Shown here: positions 36,151 through 49,530 of the stretch, one piece after another
Position numbering within the stretch: the stretch's first letter is position 1
Layout: each line of letters starts with the position of its first letter
DNA from: the human T2T-CHM13v2.0 reference genome, Homo sapiens
Assembly (NCBI RefSeq): GCF_009914755.1
Contig: NC_060947.1
Reading direction: 5' to 3' (one strand)
DNA length: 64,000 bases
Notes under the pieces: generated by a model
Told to the model about the DNA's origin: nothing
The model's database searches: none
Seen by the model: only the letters and a program-made list of their open reading frames with translations
Translations under genes and position numbers: made by a program

Positions 36151-37581
36151 CTCTTATATCAGGGATTTCCATTAAGGACAGAAGACACATATATACACAC
36201 AAGTGATTATAACACAAGACCATAAGCAATGAATGATGTATATGTTATATAAGATTCCACACATCACATCCGGATGGGAATATCAGGATGCAACCTTAGA
36301 TGACAGTGTGCTGAACCTTTCTTCTTGACAGAGTAGAGATAGGCTACATTTCTCTTCAATTCCAAAATATGTATGGTTTCTGCATTTGGATTCAAATGAA
36401 ATGTGCAAGTGCTCCAGGTTTGTGTGTCCTTTGTAAACACAACTTCCTGTTGGATTTTAGTAAGATTCTGAAATGATTTAAATGACTTCCTGAGTATTAA
36501 ATAGCTCTTGAAGAGTAAGATCTTGATGAATTATGTGTAATCACAGACACAAATTCAAGACATGAATTTTAAACTTCTCCTCAAATACACGTGCTTAAAA
36601 GCAACATAAGGGAAGAAAAGTTTGTAGCAAAAAAATGTTTTAGAATGTTTTCTTTCTTAAATGGTCATAAATTCTATGAAAGGGCAGAGATCTAACAAAC
36701 AATAATGCCTGTGCGTACTCTTTGTCATCAAACTCACTTTTGTACACTTTTAAAAATACTTTCAAGGCTCTGAGGCAAAAGGTAGTTAGACCAGCTTAGA
36801 TAGCTTCTATCACCTCTACTCTTTTACTTTCTAGACCCTCAGTGGGGCCACTCAGAACCATGGACAGTTCCCTTCCTGCTCATAGTCTTGGTTTAAAGCC
36901 CCCGAACAAGTTTTTCTTTTTTTTTCTTTTTGCAGTTTTTAAATTTATTTTTAATCAATAAAATGCAGTTAGTAATACCAATCTGAAAAATTTACCCAAT
37001 GCAAACCATTGCCTCGAGGACAATTCAGCATTCTCAAGTCTCAGATAAATTTGATAAGATGTGGGTCTGGCTCTTCAGCAGCCTCTGTGGACCTCTGTGA
37101 GGCTTCTGAGTGCTGGCAGGCATTATCCTCAAGCCCTTACTCCAAAGTGGGTACACCAAATATGAAAAAGATCAAATAGGAAAGGGAGAAATATGAACAG
37201 TTAAAATGATGTAGGAAAAGTAGTAAGATGAGGAGAAATGTTTAAATTTGAGTGAGAAGAGAGGAGAGAAAACAGAGACTTATATTCTGAGTAGAAGTAT
37301 GACATGAGAAAAAGCTTCCCTCAGTATGAGTTCTTTGGAGCCTTTGGGAGTGCTCAGGAAATACTTGTTGAAGTACACACCTCAACAGGAGAATTGTGGA
37401 ATGCTTATTCCATTTATATTAGGAAAAAAAGAGTCCTAAACACCAAGGACCTGGGGAGAAAGCCTATATCAAAAGCAGATTCTCATGGGTTTGAACTTCT
37501 GAGCTTTTTTGCTGACGATTTTATGTTCTATTGTTTAAAAAAAAAAAAAAAACTCTTCAGTATGCTGGACCCGAAGCCCAG

Positions 37582-37962
37582 TGCTACGATTTGAATGTGT
37601 TCCTCAGAGTTCTTATATTGGAACGTAATCTCAAATGCAATAGTGTTGAGAGGTGAGATCTTTAAGAGGTAATTAGATCATGAGGGCTCTGCAGCATGAA
37701 TTGATTAATGCCATTATCATGGGGATGGGTTCATTATTGTGGGTGTGGTCCTTACAAAGGTTGAGTTTAGCCCCTCTATAACTCTCTCTTGCCCATGTAA
37801 TGCTTGCTGTTATGTTATTATGCAGCAAGAAGGCCTTCATCAGATGCTGGCTCCCCAATCTGGGACTTCCTACCCCCAGAACTGTGAGAAATAAATGTCT
37901 TTTCTTTATAAACTACCTGGTATCTGGTATTCTGTTATAGCAGCACACAACAGACTAAGACA
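37582..37962 (+). mobile_element. MaLR solo LTR (MSTC/MSTD-like)
   Basis: TG...CA termini 'tgctacgatttgaatgtg' and 'cagactaagaca', AATAAA at ~37889, TSD cccag/ctcag. Confidence 0.88.
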
Positions 37963-38263
37963 CTCAGTCAGACAGAAAGAGTTTTTCTTTGACTAATGGA
38001 AACCAAAAACTCATGAATACATATAGACAAATCTCTTCCACAAAACATATTCCATATCATGTAGCTGGATGGAGAAATTTTGCAGTTGATAGAGCCTTGT
38101 CTAGTGGAGTGCAGAAACTTATTTAGCCTTGGGGTAGTCTGTAATTCTAACTATGTTGTATGCAAAGTCTATGCCAATCTCCAATACAGTGGAACCAAAT
38201 AGTTTATGGATCAAATGAGAGTAATTTGACTTGCTGGTTTCTGAATGGGACTTAGAATGGTAG

Positions 38264-38596
38264 TGGCTTAGTTAGTTCAGGCCACCATAACAAAGTACCA
38301 TAGACTGGGTGGCTTAGAAACAATCTGGAGATTGAAAGTCCAAGATCGGAGTGCCAGCATTGTTAGGTTCCAACGAGCGTCCTCCTCTGGGTTGCATTTT
38401 GTCAATTTATTATTGTGTCTTCACATGACAGAAAGAGCTAGTTAGCTCTTTGGCCTCTTATAAGAGCACTAATCCCGTTCATGAAGTCTTCACCTTCATG
38501 GCCTAACAACATTCCAAAGATTCCACCTTCAAATACCCTTACATTGGGATTAGGTTTCAATATACAAATATTGGGGGGACACATTCGCTCATTGCA
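38264..38596 (-). mobile_element. MaLR solo LTR (MLT1A-like)
   Basis: 'ccataacaaagtaccatagactgggtggcttagaaacaa', 'cttataagagcactaatccc', 'gggggacacattcgctcattgca'. Confidence 0.85.
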
Positions 38597-39494
38597 GGTT
38601 GTAAACTTGGAGTATATGAAAAAGGTGAGCAGGAAGTAGGACAAGAACTCCAAATTTCATATAAGATGGTGAACTAGCATGGGATGCTGGCTACCTGCCC
38701 CCATGGCAAACCTAGAGATGCCTCAGAAGAGTTGGAACAGTAGGTGCATTCCATGAATTCACAAAATATATAGAAAAACCTTTAGAGAAAATGAAAGTAG
38801 TTGGGTTTCTGTGTGTGATGAGCAAAAGCAGTAAATATGGCATCTCCTGTGCCAAGAGAGGATGAGAAATGAGATGGGGAAGGGTTGATGGAAAGCTTTC
38901 TAATTCTGATTTGTATTTCCTCATTTGCCCAGGGATGATCACTGTTAGCCCCATTGCTATCCAAGGCTAGGAAAGGCAGCAATGGCAATCACTGCTGAGT
39001 AAGATTGGGGAATCCAAGATCCTGATAAAATGAAGAACCAACAGGAATCAGTATGGCTCTGATTGGTTGTTTTCCCCTCTATTCAAAGACTAGACAGTTA
39101 CCACAGAGGCTGCTTGTCCCCAAAAAGGTACCTCAGGGGGTAGTAAACACTGAAGTGGGGATGAAAACAAGAAGTGATTGGATCCATAATACAATACTAG
39201 AAGTCTCTGCCTTAAATCATGTTCCTTGATAAACTTCTGAAGGGGCACACGGTCCTGAGACAAAGGTAGACACTGCAATGCAAACCATCTGATCACTCCA
39301 AGGGAAAAACGGATGAACTCAAAGGCATTTAATTCATAATTTACTCTAGGAGTGAAGTTGTATCACAATGAGCAATGGCCCCACTCTCAAGGTCAGAGTT
39401 ATGGAGACAAGGGCAATTAATAGTAGGGAACAACTCTGTCTAGTAGAGAGGTATATTTATTACAATAGAGATTAGGCAGATGTACCAAAAGTCT

Positions 39495-39920
39495 AGTTGT
39501 TTAAAAAAGACAGAAGTTTAGTTCTTGCCCATCAAAGGTGGTCTAATACTGGTATGACAGGACACCAGGATCAAGAGCCTAGTGTCCTTCCATCTTGTTC
39601 TGCCATCCTCAATATGAAATTTCCATCTCTTTGTTACAGGCAAAGACACCATCAGATCTGTATTTTAGCCAGTGAGAAAAGCAAAGGGGGAAAAGGAAAG
39701 ATAGACTTCTTTTCTTTTGAAAGTATGAACTTGGAGCTTGCACAAATCACTTACACTCACACACTATAGGCCAGAATCTAGTCACATGGTCCCACCTAGT
39801 TGCGAGTGAGGCTGGGAAATGAGCCTTTGGCTTTGCGCTTAAATAAAAGTTGGGTGTTCTACTACCAAAAAAAATGAAGGTGAGGAGAATATTAAGGGGC
39901 AACTAGCATTCTCTGCTACA
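39495..39920 (-). mobile_element. Old MLT1 LTR (MLT1J/K-like)
   Basis: 'ttccatcttgttctgccatcctcaa', 'ggccagaatctagtcacatggtcccacctagttgc...ggctgggaaatgag', 'caactagcattctctgctaca'. Confidence 0.7.
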
Positions 39921-40654
39921 AGGGACAATCTCACAAGAGTCACTGATCACAGGTCACAGAAGAACAGTTGGAGATGCTTGGTTCTTGGCTGCTTGTGTGG
40001 CCTCAGAATAAACTGGGCACTTTCTCAGTGGTTAATTTATGGCAACAAAGTAAAGAGAAAATATGTGATACTGTATAATGTGTAGAAAAAAATATTGGAA
40101 TAATAAACTACAACTTGATATCAGTAGTTATCTCTGGGAGTGTGGGAATATGGATTGTGTTGTGTATGTGTGTGGTTGGTTTGTAACTTTTTAAAAATAA
40201 GCAAGTACACATTGTATATATAAGTGTATCAAAATTTATACTTTTATGACAACCAAACTCTGATGTTAACCATTTGTCATCTCTTCTTATAGTAGAAAAA
40301 GTATAATGAGGTTGTCATTCTTCAGACTCTGTATTTTCCATGTCTTAATCATCTTTATTAAGTATCTGTCATCTTGTTGTCACTATCATTCTATAGTCAT
40401 TCTAAAGCCAAGAAAAGAGTAAAACTGATATTATATACTTGCTGATTTTTATAACTGATGGATTTGGTAAGTATGAGGATTTCAATATTTAAGAGTCAAT
40501 TGCTATACAAATGAATATATTCCTGTTTTCTACATATATGCTATGAAATGGGTATGTTCCTAAGGGAAAACAGCTTTAGGCATCTTGTAAACCCCACTTA
40601 AAACCCATACAAATTAAGTCTCTAAAGATGAAAGGACCAGAGAAGATTGAGCAT

Positions 40655-40832
40655 CTACTCTGAGTCAGGTGTTCTCACAAACATTTTACTTAATTCTTAC
40701 AGCAACCTCTGTCAGCTGGCTTCATCCTTCTTCTATACTTGAGAAAAAGGAGCCCCCGAGTGCAAAGAAGTCACAGAACTAGTGTCTAAAATTGTTTGTT
40801 TCTAATCCCAAAACACGTGCCCCTTTCACTAT
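40655..40832 (-). mobile_element. MIR fragment
   Basis: 'ttacttaattcttacagcaacctctgt...gagaaaaaggagccc...aagtcacagaactagtg'. Confidence 0.55.
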
Positions 40833-43800
40833 AACTTATCACCTCTTATACAAAACAAAGTGTGCTGCTTGTCTTGTTTGGAAAAGTTACACATCATACC
40901 AAATTATTCTTAGTTTTACATCTGTCCATCATGAAGTGGGGATGTAGCTGATGTGTTCTCTAGTCCTTACAAATCAACTCCTGTATGTGCTGAAGCACAT
41001 ATTCAAAGCTGAATGGTAATTTAAAGCCCTCAGCATGAACTATCTTTCCTAATTTTTTATTTTATGTATTTAACACCTCTAGATAAAACTTTAATAATTA
41101 TGCCTTTATTCTGAATTTACATTGAAGAGTACACTTATACATGACAAATTGTTTATAAATAAATATTTTTAATCATTGAATGTTTTTAATCATTATTTTT
41201 ATTTTTGTTTGTGGCTTATTTTGGTTCCACTGGGCCTCCTTTAAGGGGAGCACATTTGTATTATTACATTTATTTGGTGGAAAATGAGACACAATTTTTG
41301 AGAGGCTGCCCTGTAGTAAGATTTCCACAGAGATTTTATGGAAGAAGTAGGCTGCAAATAAACTGGAATACTTGTAAACCTGAACATTGCAACCTCGAAT
41401 ATAAATTAACTTTCTACAAAAGATCACTATAATGAGCAATTTAATAATGATAGTTTTGTATTTTAGCTAAAAGTCCAGAAATAGAAAAATAGGAAACATC
41501 AGGACCTAAGTGAAGAAATAAATCTAGACTATGTAAAGCTGCTGCCCACACTATACCATTTTCCTCCTGAAATTGCTTTCACATACATAACAACTCATAC
41601 ATCTTTCTTCTTCTCCATGGAAACCTACTTTTCCCTAACAACAATTCTACAAAGCTAATTACTGCCACAAAGATATACGGTACAGAGAAAAGTATTGATC
41701 TTGACAATCCTGAGAAAATTGAAATTACTTTGTAAAACACTATTGGTTTGGGCCAACTTTGTGTGAAATGTTTAAATATGTAAATATGATATCTTAATAT
41801 GATGCAAATAGGTAAGCACTTCTGAATTGTTTAGCATGTCAAATACTTTGAAATAACCAGTTGCACACTCTTTTGAGTTCTAAGACATAACGTGTCCTTT
41901 GTGAGACAGAAGGGTTATTCTGCAAATAAGGAATAATTTCTCAATTGTTACAGGTGGACATATGGTTGCATTGATCCAAAAATGCTTAACTGACTTAGAC
42001 ATCCAGAAAGTGGAAAAATAATTTTCTGGTCAAAGGTTAATTTGTTGCATTGCAATACTTGGCATCAACAGGTACATTTTTTGGTGCCACAGTTGTATAT
42101 CAAGTCCAGCAGTGGGTGTGCCGTTGATTATATGCCAGTGGCAGGCTGCTGAAATGCTATTTTAGCAAGCCAGCTTGTAGTAATTATAATGACTTGACAC
42201 CTCTGCCCAAATTTAGTGTCAGGAAAGTTGAAAACTCTTTTCTTAGGACGAGTATCTGAGGGGTGTGTGTGTGTTGGTGTTGGGGGTGGGGCGAGAGGGG
42301 CGTGCGGTGGTGGGCTCTGTTTTCTGAATTGTCTTTTGTGGAATTTAATTTTTAGAACAAAACACTCATAGTTATTTGAATTGTATCAATTTGATCCAAA
42401 TGCTTTTAAAGTGGTTATGATCACACAAAAAGTTTCTGGAACTTTCTGTTGTTGATGGGGATCTGCCTTTGGAAAGTGACGATGAAAAGATTATATTAGC
42501 TTGCACAGATCTTAGACTCTTATCACCGTTTCGTGATTTTTTTGGTGGAGAGTGCCATTTTATCTTAATATATTTCCCTCTATCTATAAAATAGTGCCCA
42601 TCCACTATTTTCAATTCATAAAACTGTATACATTTTGTAAGAGATCACCTTCTCAGTGCAATTTCCATAGTGTAAACCAGAATCTATGTTGCTTGATAAT
42701 ATTATTTTTCTTGAACTCCTTTTTTTTGTCAGTCCAATTTGTTTGACTGCAAAATTAAGACCATATTGTCTGGCCTTTTTCTCTTCCTAGTCCCCCAGCA
42801 GGTACTCTTATACTTTTCCCCCATGTACTTTCTACTTGACACTCAGGACAGTCTGATAAAATTGCAAATCTGACTGTACTCGCTTCCCTTACTTCCCAAG
42901 CACTGAAGTCCTCCTCCCCGGACAGAGGCTGGGGAGAAGGATGGCCTTTGTCTAATAGCTAATTGGAAAATTTCAAGAGGTAATTTCAAGCTTTAACCAG
43001 GTTTTTGTGTAGCTAGCAGAGTGGTCATTAAGAAGTATATGGCTTAGTAATGGGTCACTTCTTATTCTTGGCAGGCTCAAGGAGGTACAATTTGAGAGAA
43101 GGGGATAAAAGAAAGGCACTAACAGTGCTTTGCATAATAATCTGCTGTACTAACTCCATTGTGAGAGAGGTGACCTTGTAAGTTATGGAACCTTAGGGAA
43201 TTATTGCCTTTTCCTTTTTACTGGGTTTGTTTGTATTGTCTCTGCCAAATAGTGTTTGTCCTCAAAGACCATGAGTAAGTGTATGTGTGTACACATAAGT
43301 ATGTGTTCCAACACTTAACCATTGGGCAATCAGAAAAATTGACTTAGCTGCAACTTATACTGGTGGAAGAAGCTCTGATTAGAACATAAAAGCAGTGTCA
43401 ATGCACACCTGGATATTTCGATAGGATGTAGAATGTCAAAGACTACTATGGACTGTCTTGCTAGACCCTAGGTTGAATAACTCAGATTTATGGTAATTGC
43501 TGGCAGCAGACAGATATATCCAGGACTAAGAACAAGACTTGTGTGCACTGGAAAGATGTCTTGGAAGGTTAATGAAGATTTGGAAAAACGTGGGTGTGGA
43601 ATTTGGACACCCTTCCCCACATACATACTGAGTCCTTTTCCTTTGAGTTATGGGGAGGAACATATTTGCTATGTTCTTTGAGATTTTTTCTTCCCTTCTC
43701 CACTGTAATTCTCAACCATGCACGGAATTCTAATATAACTTCAGCCTTAAAGTGTGGAACTATTGGGATAAATAAACAAAGGAGGAAAATGTGTCCTGTC

Positions 43801-44112
43801 CCACATTTTCCCCTCACTGGGGCCATACAAAGGGGAGCTGTAGCCCATTAGGAGACTCTACCCAATGTCCAAGCTACAACTGCAGTGGAATGAGCAGGAG
43901 TGAGACAGCACAGAGAGGTGGGCAGCAACCTACACACTGAAGAAACTTTTGTGTGGACAACTCATGAGCCAGATCAGATAAGCTCTCCCCTCTCCCCAAA
44001 ATACTGGAGGAAGTAAACACAGAAGATATGGATTACCACTTGTATTCATCATCTTTTTACTGTCCTGATTAGAATCCTTCAATAGCTTCCTATTGTCCTT
44101 AGAAAAACAGGC

Positions 44113-44290
44113 ATGTTGGGGCTCAGAGCACAATACCACAAAATATGGCACCTTGGCAATTGAGAAACTGCAGAAGCAAGAAGGTCACTCTGACCTCCTG
44201 CCTTTCTCCTCTGAAGCATGGTCATAAAAGAATTTTCTGATCTACCACTCCTGAAAGTAGATGATAAGACCCTCAGGTGACAGGTGCCCT
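44113..44290 (+). mobile_element. ERV1 LTR 5' fragment (MER39/MER34-like)
   Basis: 'tgttggggctcagagcacaataccacaaaatatggcaccttggca...aaggtcactctgacct'. Confidence 0.65.
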
Positions 44291-44452
44291 GCAAATCAAA
44301 ACTACAATGAGACATCATCTCACCCCAGTTAAAATGGCTTTGATCCAAAAGACAGGCAATAAGAAATGCTGGTGAGAATGTGGAGAATGGGGACTGTTGG
44401 TGGGAATGCAGATTAGTACAACCACTATGGAGAACAGTATGGATGTTCCTCC
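44290..44452 (+). mobile_element. Short internal L1 ORF2 fragment (L1MA-like), no tail
   Basis: 'gcaaatcaaaactacaatgagacatcatctcaccccagttaaaatggc...caaccactatggagaacagtatgga'. Confidence 0.85.
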
Positions 44453-44737
44453 ATATAAAATTTTGGATCAACTTGTCAATTTCTACAAAGAAGCCAACTG
44501 GAATTCTGATAGGAATTTCATTGAATCTGTAGACCAATTTGGGAAGCATTACCAACCTAAAAGATACTAAATTTTCTGACCCATGAATGTGGAATGTCTT
44601 TCCATTTGCTTATATCTTCTTTAATTTCTTTCAACAACATTTTGTAGTTTTCAGAGTATATGTTTTGTACTTCTTTTGTTAAATTTATTCCTATTTTATT
44701 CATTTTGTAAATGAACTGCAAGCATCTAGATATCATA

Positions 44738-46360
44738 TTTTTTAATTTTTATTTTTATTCAATAGTTTTGGGGGAACAGGTGTTTGGTTGCATGGAAAAT
44801 TTATTTAGTGGTGATTTCTGAGATTTTGGTGCACCCATCACCTGAGCAGTGTACAGGGTACTCAATGTGTAGTCTTTTATCCCTTGCCCCGCTTCCACCC
44901 TATGCCTGAGTCCCCAGAGTTCATTATATCATTCTTATTCCTTTGCATCCTCATAGTTTAGCTCCCACTTATAAGTAAGAACATACGATGTTTGGTTTTT
45001 CATTCCTGAGTTACTTCACTTAGAATAATGGTCTCCAACTCCATTCAGGTTGCTTCAAATGCCATTATTTCATTCCCTTTTATGGTTGAGTAGTATTCTA
45101 TGGTATGTGTGTGTGTGTGTGTATATATATATATACACATAATATATATATTACATAATATAGATACATAATACATATTACATTATATACATAATATATA
45201 TTACATAATATATATACATTATATATTTACATAATATATATTACATGTATGTATGTGTGTGTGTCACATTTTCTTTATCCATTCATTGGTTGATTGGCAT
45301 TTAGGCTGGTTCCATATTTTTGCAACTGCTACTTGTGCTGCTATAAACATGTGTGTGCAAGTGTATTTTTCAAATAATGACTTCTTTTCCTCTAGGTAGA
45401 CACACAGTAGTGGGATTGCTGGATCATGGTAGTTCTATTTTCAGTTATTTAGGGAATCTCCATACTGTTTCCTATAGTGTTTGTACTAGTTTACATTTCC
45501 ACCAACAGTGTAGAAGTATTCCATTTTCACCACATCTATGCCAACATCTGTTTTTTTTTATTTTTTTAAATTATGGGTATTCTTGCAGGAGTGAAGTGGT
45601 ATCTTATTGTGGTTTTGATTTGCATTTCCCTGATAATGAGTGATGTTCAGTATTTTTTCACGTTTGTTGGCTGTTTGCATATCTTCTTTTGAGAATTGTC
45701 TATTCATGTCCTTTGCCCACTTTTTGATAGGATTATTTGTTTTTTTTCTTGCTGATTTGCTGGAATTCTTTGTAGATTCTGGATATTAGTCCTTTGTTGG
45801 TTGCATAGTTTGTGAATATTTTCTCCCACTCTGTGGGTTATCTGTTTACTCTGCTGATTATTTCTTTTACTGTGCAGAAGCTTTTTAGTTTAATTATGTC
45901 CAGTCTATTTATCTTTGTTTTTGTTGCATTTGCTTTTGGGTTCTTGATCATGAACTCTTTGCCTAAACCAATGTCTAGAAGAGTTTTTCCAATGTTATCG
46001 TCTAGAATTTTCATGGTTTTAGATCTTAGATTTAAGTCTTTGTTCCATCTTCAGTTGATTTTTGTATAAGGTGAGAGATGAGGATCCAATTTCATTCTTC
46101 TACATGTGGCTTGCCAATTATCCCAGCATCATTTGTAGAATAGGGTGTCCTTTCCCAACTTTATGCTTTTGTTGGCTTTGTTGAAGATCAGTTGGCTCTA
46201 AGTATTTGCCTTTATTTTTGAGTTCTCTATTCTGTTCCATTGGTCTATGTGCCTATTTTTATACCAGTACCATGTTGTTTTGGTAACTACATCCTTGTAG
46301 TATAGTTTGAAGTCAGATAATGTGGTGCCTCCATATTTGTTCTTTTTGCTTAGCCTTGCT
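44738..46360 (-). mobile_element. 5'-truncated L1PB1-like
   Basis: 3' end 'tagttttgggggaacaggtgtttggttgcatgga...gtggtgatttctgagattttggtgcacccatcacctgagcagtgtaca'; antisense ORF2 C-terminus. Confidence 0.9.
45103..45264. repeat. Compound (TG)n/(TA)n/AT-rich microsatellite inside L1PB
   Basis: Direct reading; repeated 'acataatatata(ta)tt' units. Confidence 0.9.
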
Positions 46361-47321
46361 AAATGAAATTACTTTATTTCCATTTTTAATTGTATATTGC
46401 CAGTGTATAAAAATACAATTGATATTTGTATGTTGATTTCATATCCTCCAACCTTGCTGAATTCATTTATTAGTCTTAATAGTTTTTTTAGTTATGTCTT
46501 AGGATTTTCTTTATACAAGATTATCATCGCTAAACAGATAGTTTTACTCCTTCCTTTCCAGTCTTCATTTTCTTGTCTAATTTCCCTACCTAGAACTTCC
46601 AGTACAATGTTGAATAGAAGTGATGGGAACAGACATCTTTGTATTATTCTTGATCACAGGAGGAAATCATTCCATCTTTTACCATTATGTATGATGTTAT
46701 CTATATGTTTTTGTTGATGCCCTTTATCAGGCTGCAGAAGTTTCTTTTTAATTCTGGTTTGCTGAAGTTTCTTTTTACCATGAAAAGATGTCAGGTATTA
46801 TCAAATGCTTTGTTGCATCTATTGAGATGATCATGTGCTTTTTGTTTTTTATTCTAATGATATGGTGTAATATATCAATTCATTTTCAGTGTTAAAACAA
46901 ACTTGCATTGCTGGGAGTAAATCCCACTTGTTCATAGCATATAATTTTTTTTACATGCTGATGGACTAGGTTTGCTAATATTTGATTATTTTTGTGTCTG
47001 TATGAATAATATATACAATTAGTTTTCTTTTTTATGACTTTGTCTTATTTGGATATCAGAGTGATACTGGCCTCATGAAATGATTGAATTGGGATGTGTT
47101 TCTCCTATTCTTCTCTTTGGAGGAGCTTGAAAAGGATTGGTATTCATTTTTATTTAAATATTGGTAGAATTCACCTGTGTTGACATCTGGGCTTGGACTA
47201 TTTTTTGTAGGTAATTTTGTGATTACTAATTCTATCTCTGTACTTGTTATCCTTGTTCATCTTTCAAGTGTGCATTCTGCTATTTTTAGGTATAGTGTTC
47301 TGCAAATATCAATTAGACTAC

Positions 47322-47681
47322 ATGTTATGTTTTGGTTGTGCCCTCCCAAAATTCATACATTGAAACTTAATTACTAAGGAGATGGTGTTAGAAGGTGAGA
47401 CCTTTGGGAGGTGATTAGGTCATCAGGGCAGAGCCCTTATGAATGGGATTAGTGCCCTTATAAAAGAGGCTTGAAGAAGTGTGTTAGCTTTTCTGCCCTT
47501 CTGCCATATGAGGACACAGCAAGATGTGCTGTCTATGAAGCTGCTCTCACCAGATACCACATCCACTGACACCTTGGTCTTAGAATGTCCAGCCTCTAGA
47601 ACTGTGAGCAATATATTTTTGTTGTTTATAAATTACCCAGTTTCATGTATTTTGTCATAGCAGCCTGAATGGACTAAGACA
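47322..47681 (+). mobile_element. MaLR solo LTR (MLT1A-like)
   Basis: 'tgccctcccaaaattcatacattgaaac...gaatgggattagtgcccttataaaagagg...cagcctgaatggactaagaca'. Confidence 0.88.
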
Positions 47682-48804
47682 CTAAGTTAACTGATATTGT
47701 TGCTCAGATCTTTTGTATTCCTATTGATTTCTTTTTTTCTAGTTATGCTGGCAATTACTGAAAGAGGTGCGTTCAAATTTCCAACTCCATTTATGGTTTT
47801 TTCTGTTCTTCCTTTTAGTTCTGCAAGTTTTTGTTTTGTATACAGTGAGGCTCTATTATTAGATGGATACACCTTTAGGATTATTATGCCTTGTCAATAT
47901 ATGAATTTTTTTTCTTATCATAAAATGTCTCCTTTATCCCTGGTACTACTTGTAGCCTAGTGTGTCTGTAAGAAGTTTACTTTGTCTGATATCAGTATAG
48001 CTATACCAGTTTATCTTACTCCACATAATTTGTTGACCAGTAATTACTGGGTCTTGATTTACATGGAGCACCAGATAATCTTCTTTTCCCAATGTGGGAA
48101 TGAGCTTTCTAGTCGGATTCCTTCTTGGGTTGTGCTGAACCTTAAGATGGTGACTAGAGATATTTACCTGATGGTGCTTAAATGGTATTTCATTGATAAG
48201 TAATGTAATCTTGTCAAGATTTAAAGCAAATCTATATGGATAATATATAGATTATTTGTGGTGAGATTCAGCATCACAAAATGAGGGACCATAGCAAAGT
48301 CCTCCTTGTTACTAGTTATTTTGGATAAACAACTATTATCATGAGTTGGGGATATTGGTGCCCAAGAAAGTGATTTCAAAAGGTTCTAGAGGAGGAAAGT
48401 TTCAATATGTGTGCATGCTTTGAATAATGGAGAACAACATTTTGGGTAGGAGGTCACAAACTTGAGAGTAGCTCCTCCTTCTACGTAGACTAAAATAGCT
48501 TGAAGTCCATTCCGCTGCAGCATGAATAATGATGTGGCATTGTGACATAGTCTGCCTGGTGTTTATGTATGTATTGATTGTATAGCCACAAGTGAAGGAC
48601 TGTGGTTGTAATGTTAATTTGATATATGAAAAAGCTCTAAAGAGTTTAAATGAATAGAAAATGCATTCCATTCAAAGTCTCCGATTGTTATTAAACATGT
48701 TATTCGTGAATCAAATCTGTGAGTCTAGTGACAAGTAAGATGCAAAAGCATGTTGAGGAAATTTTGAAATATATTCAAAGTTATATGAATGCAAGAAGAA
48801 TGGT

Positions 48805-49020
48805 TCAGAGCATGTGCACTGGAAAATTATTTCCAGTTGTGTGCTCTTGAGCATGTTACTTAATCTAAGATTAAGTTTTTGTATTTATAAAATCAAGATA
48901 ATAATGGTATCTGACAGGTGTTTGGTGAGAATTTAAAGATATAGTCCATTTAAAGCACTTAGCATAGTCCTTAACACATGGTAACCATGCAATAATTTGT
49001 AGTTATTCCTTTTATTATTA
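48805..49020 (+). mobile_element. MIR SINE
   Basis: 'gttgtgtgctcttgagcatgttacttaatct...aaagcacttagcatagtcc...acatggtaa'. Confidence 0.7.
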
Positions 49021-49089
49021 TTATCATTATTATGGCTATTACTACTACTATGTTTTAATGGCTTAATCACCAACATCATCACTAAAGGC

Positions 49090-49530
49090 AATTTCGATGG
49101 ATGTAATTTTAGGAAAAGGAAGACCAACACAGAAGGAATGTATGAGATGAAAGAAAAAATGTTAACCATATAAAATGCTCAACATGTAGGCAAAATCGGT
49201 CATATATTGATATCAATAGTGTGTATTTTGTGGGGTTAAAAATTGAGATAGAATCATGTGGTTGTATGGTTAATAAAAAGTATAGAAATTATAAGTGGGG
49301 AGTGATTGGCATTCAAGTTCTAAGGTCCTTACATTATTTGGGAAGAAGATAAAATTATTTATTTACTTTAGACTTGTTAAATAAGCATATAAAAATTCTA
49401 AGGTCACCACAAAAGAATAGAAATACAGTATATCTTCTGAACTACTAGAAGTAAAAATTAGAATATGAGTGAATAAAAGCAAAAATAAAACTCAAGCAAT
49501 GCTTATGAAGAAAGTAAGAAGGGAGAATTT
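49090..49530 (+). mobile_element. Ancient L1 (L1ME-like) ORF1/ORF2 boundary fragment
   Basis: 'aagttctaaggtccttacattatttgggaagaag...tttagacttgttaa...taaggtcaccacaaaagaatagaaatacag'. Confidence 0.5.

Larger units (their letters stand above)
44452..48012 (-). mobile_element. Older L1 (L1MB/MC-like) ORF2, fragmented and interrupted by L1PB and MLT1A
   Basis: Antisense ORF2 (VMLPKLVYRFNEIPIRIP in ORF 44079-44555; YPSNNRASLYTKQKLAELKG in ORF 47687-47872); pieces at 44452-44715, 46360-47320 and 47682-48012. Confidence 0.8.

Noticed and set aside
40460-40475. Strong splice donor-like motif tg|gtaagt (similar ones near 43275 and 57275)
   Set aside because: No convincing paired acceptor or reading frame; expected by chance in 64 kb
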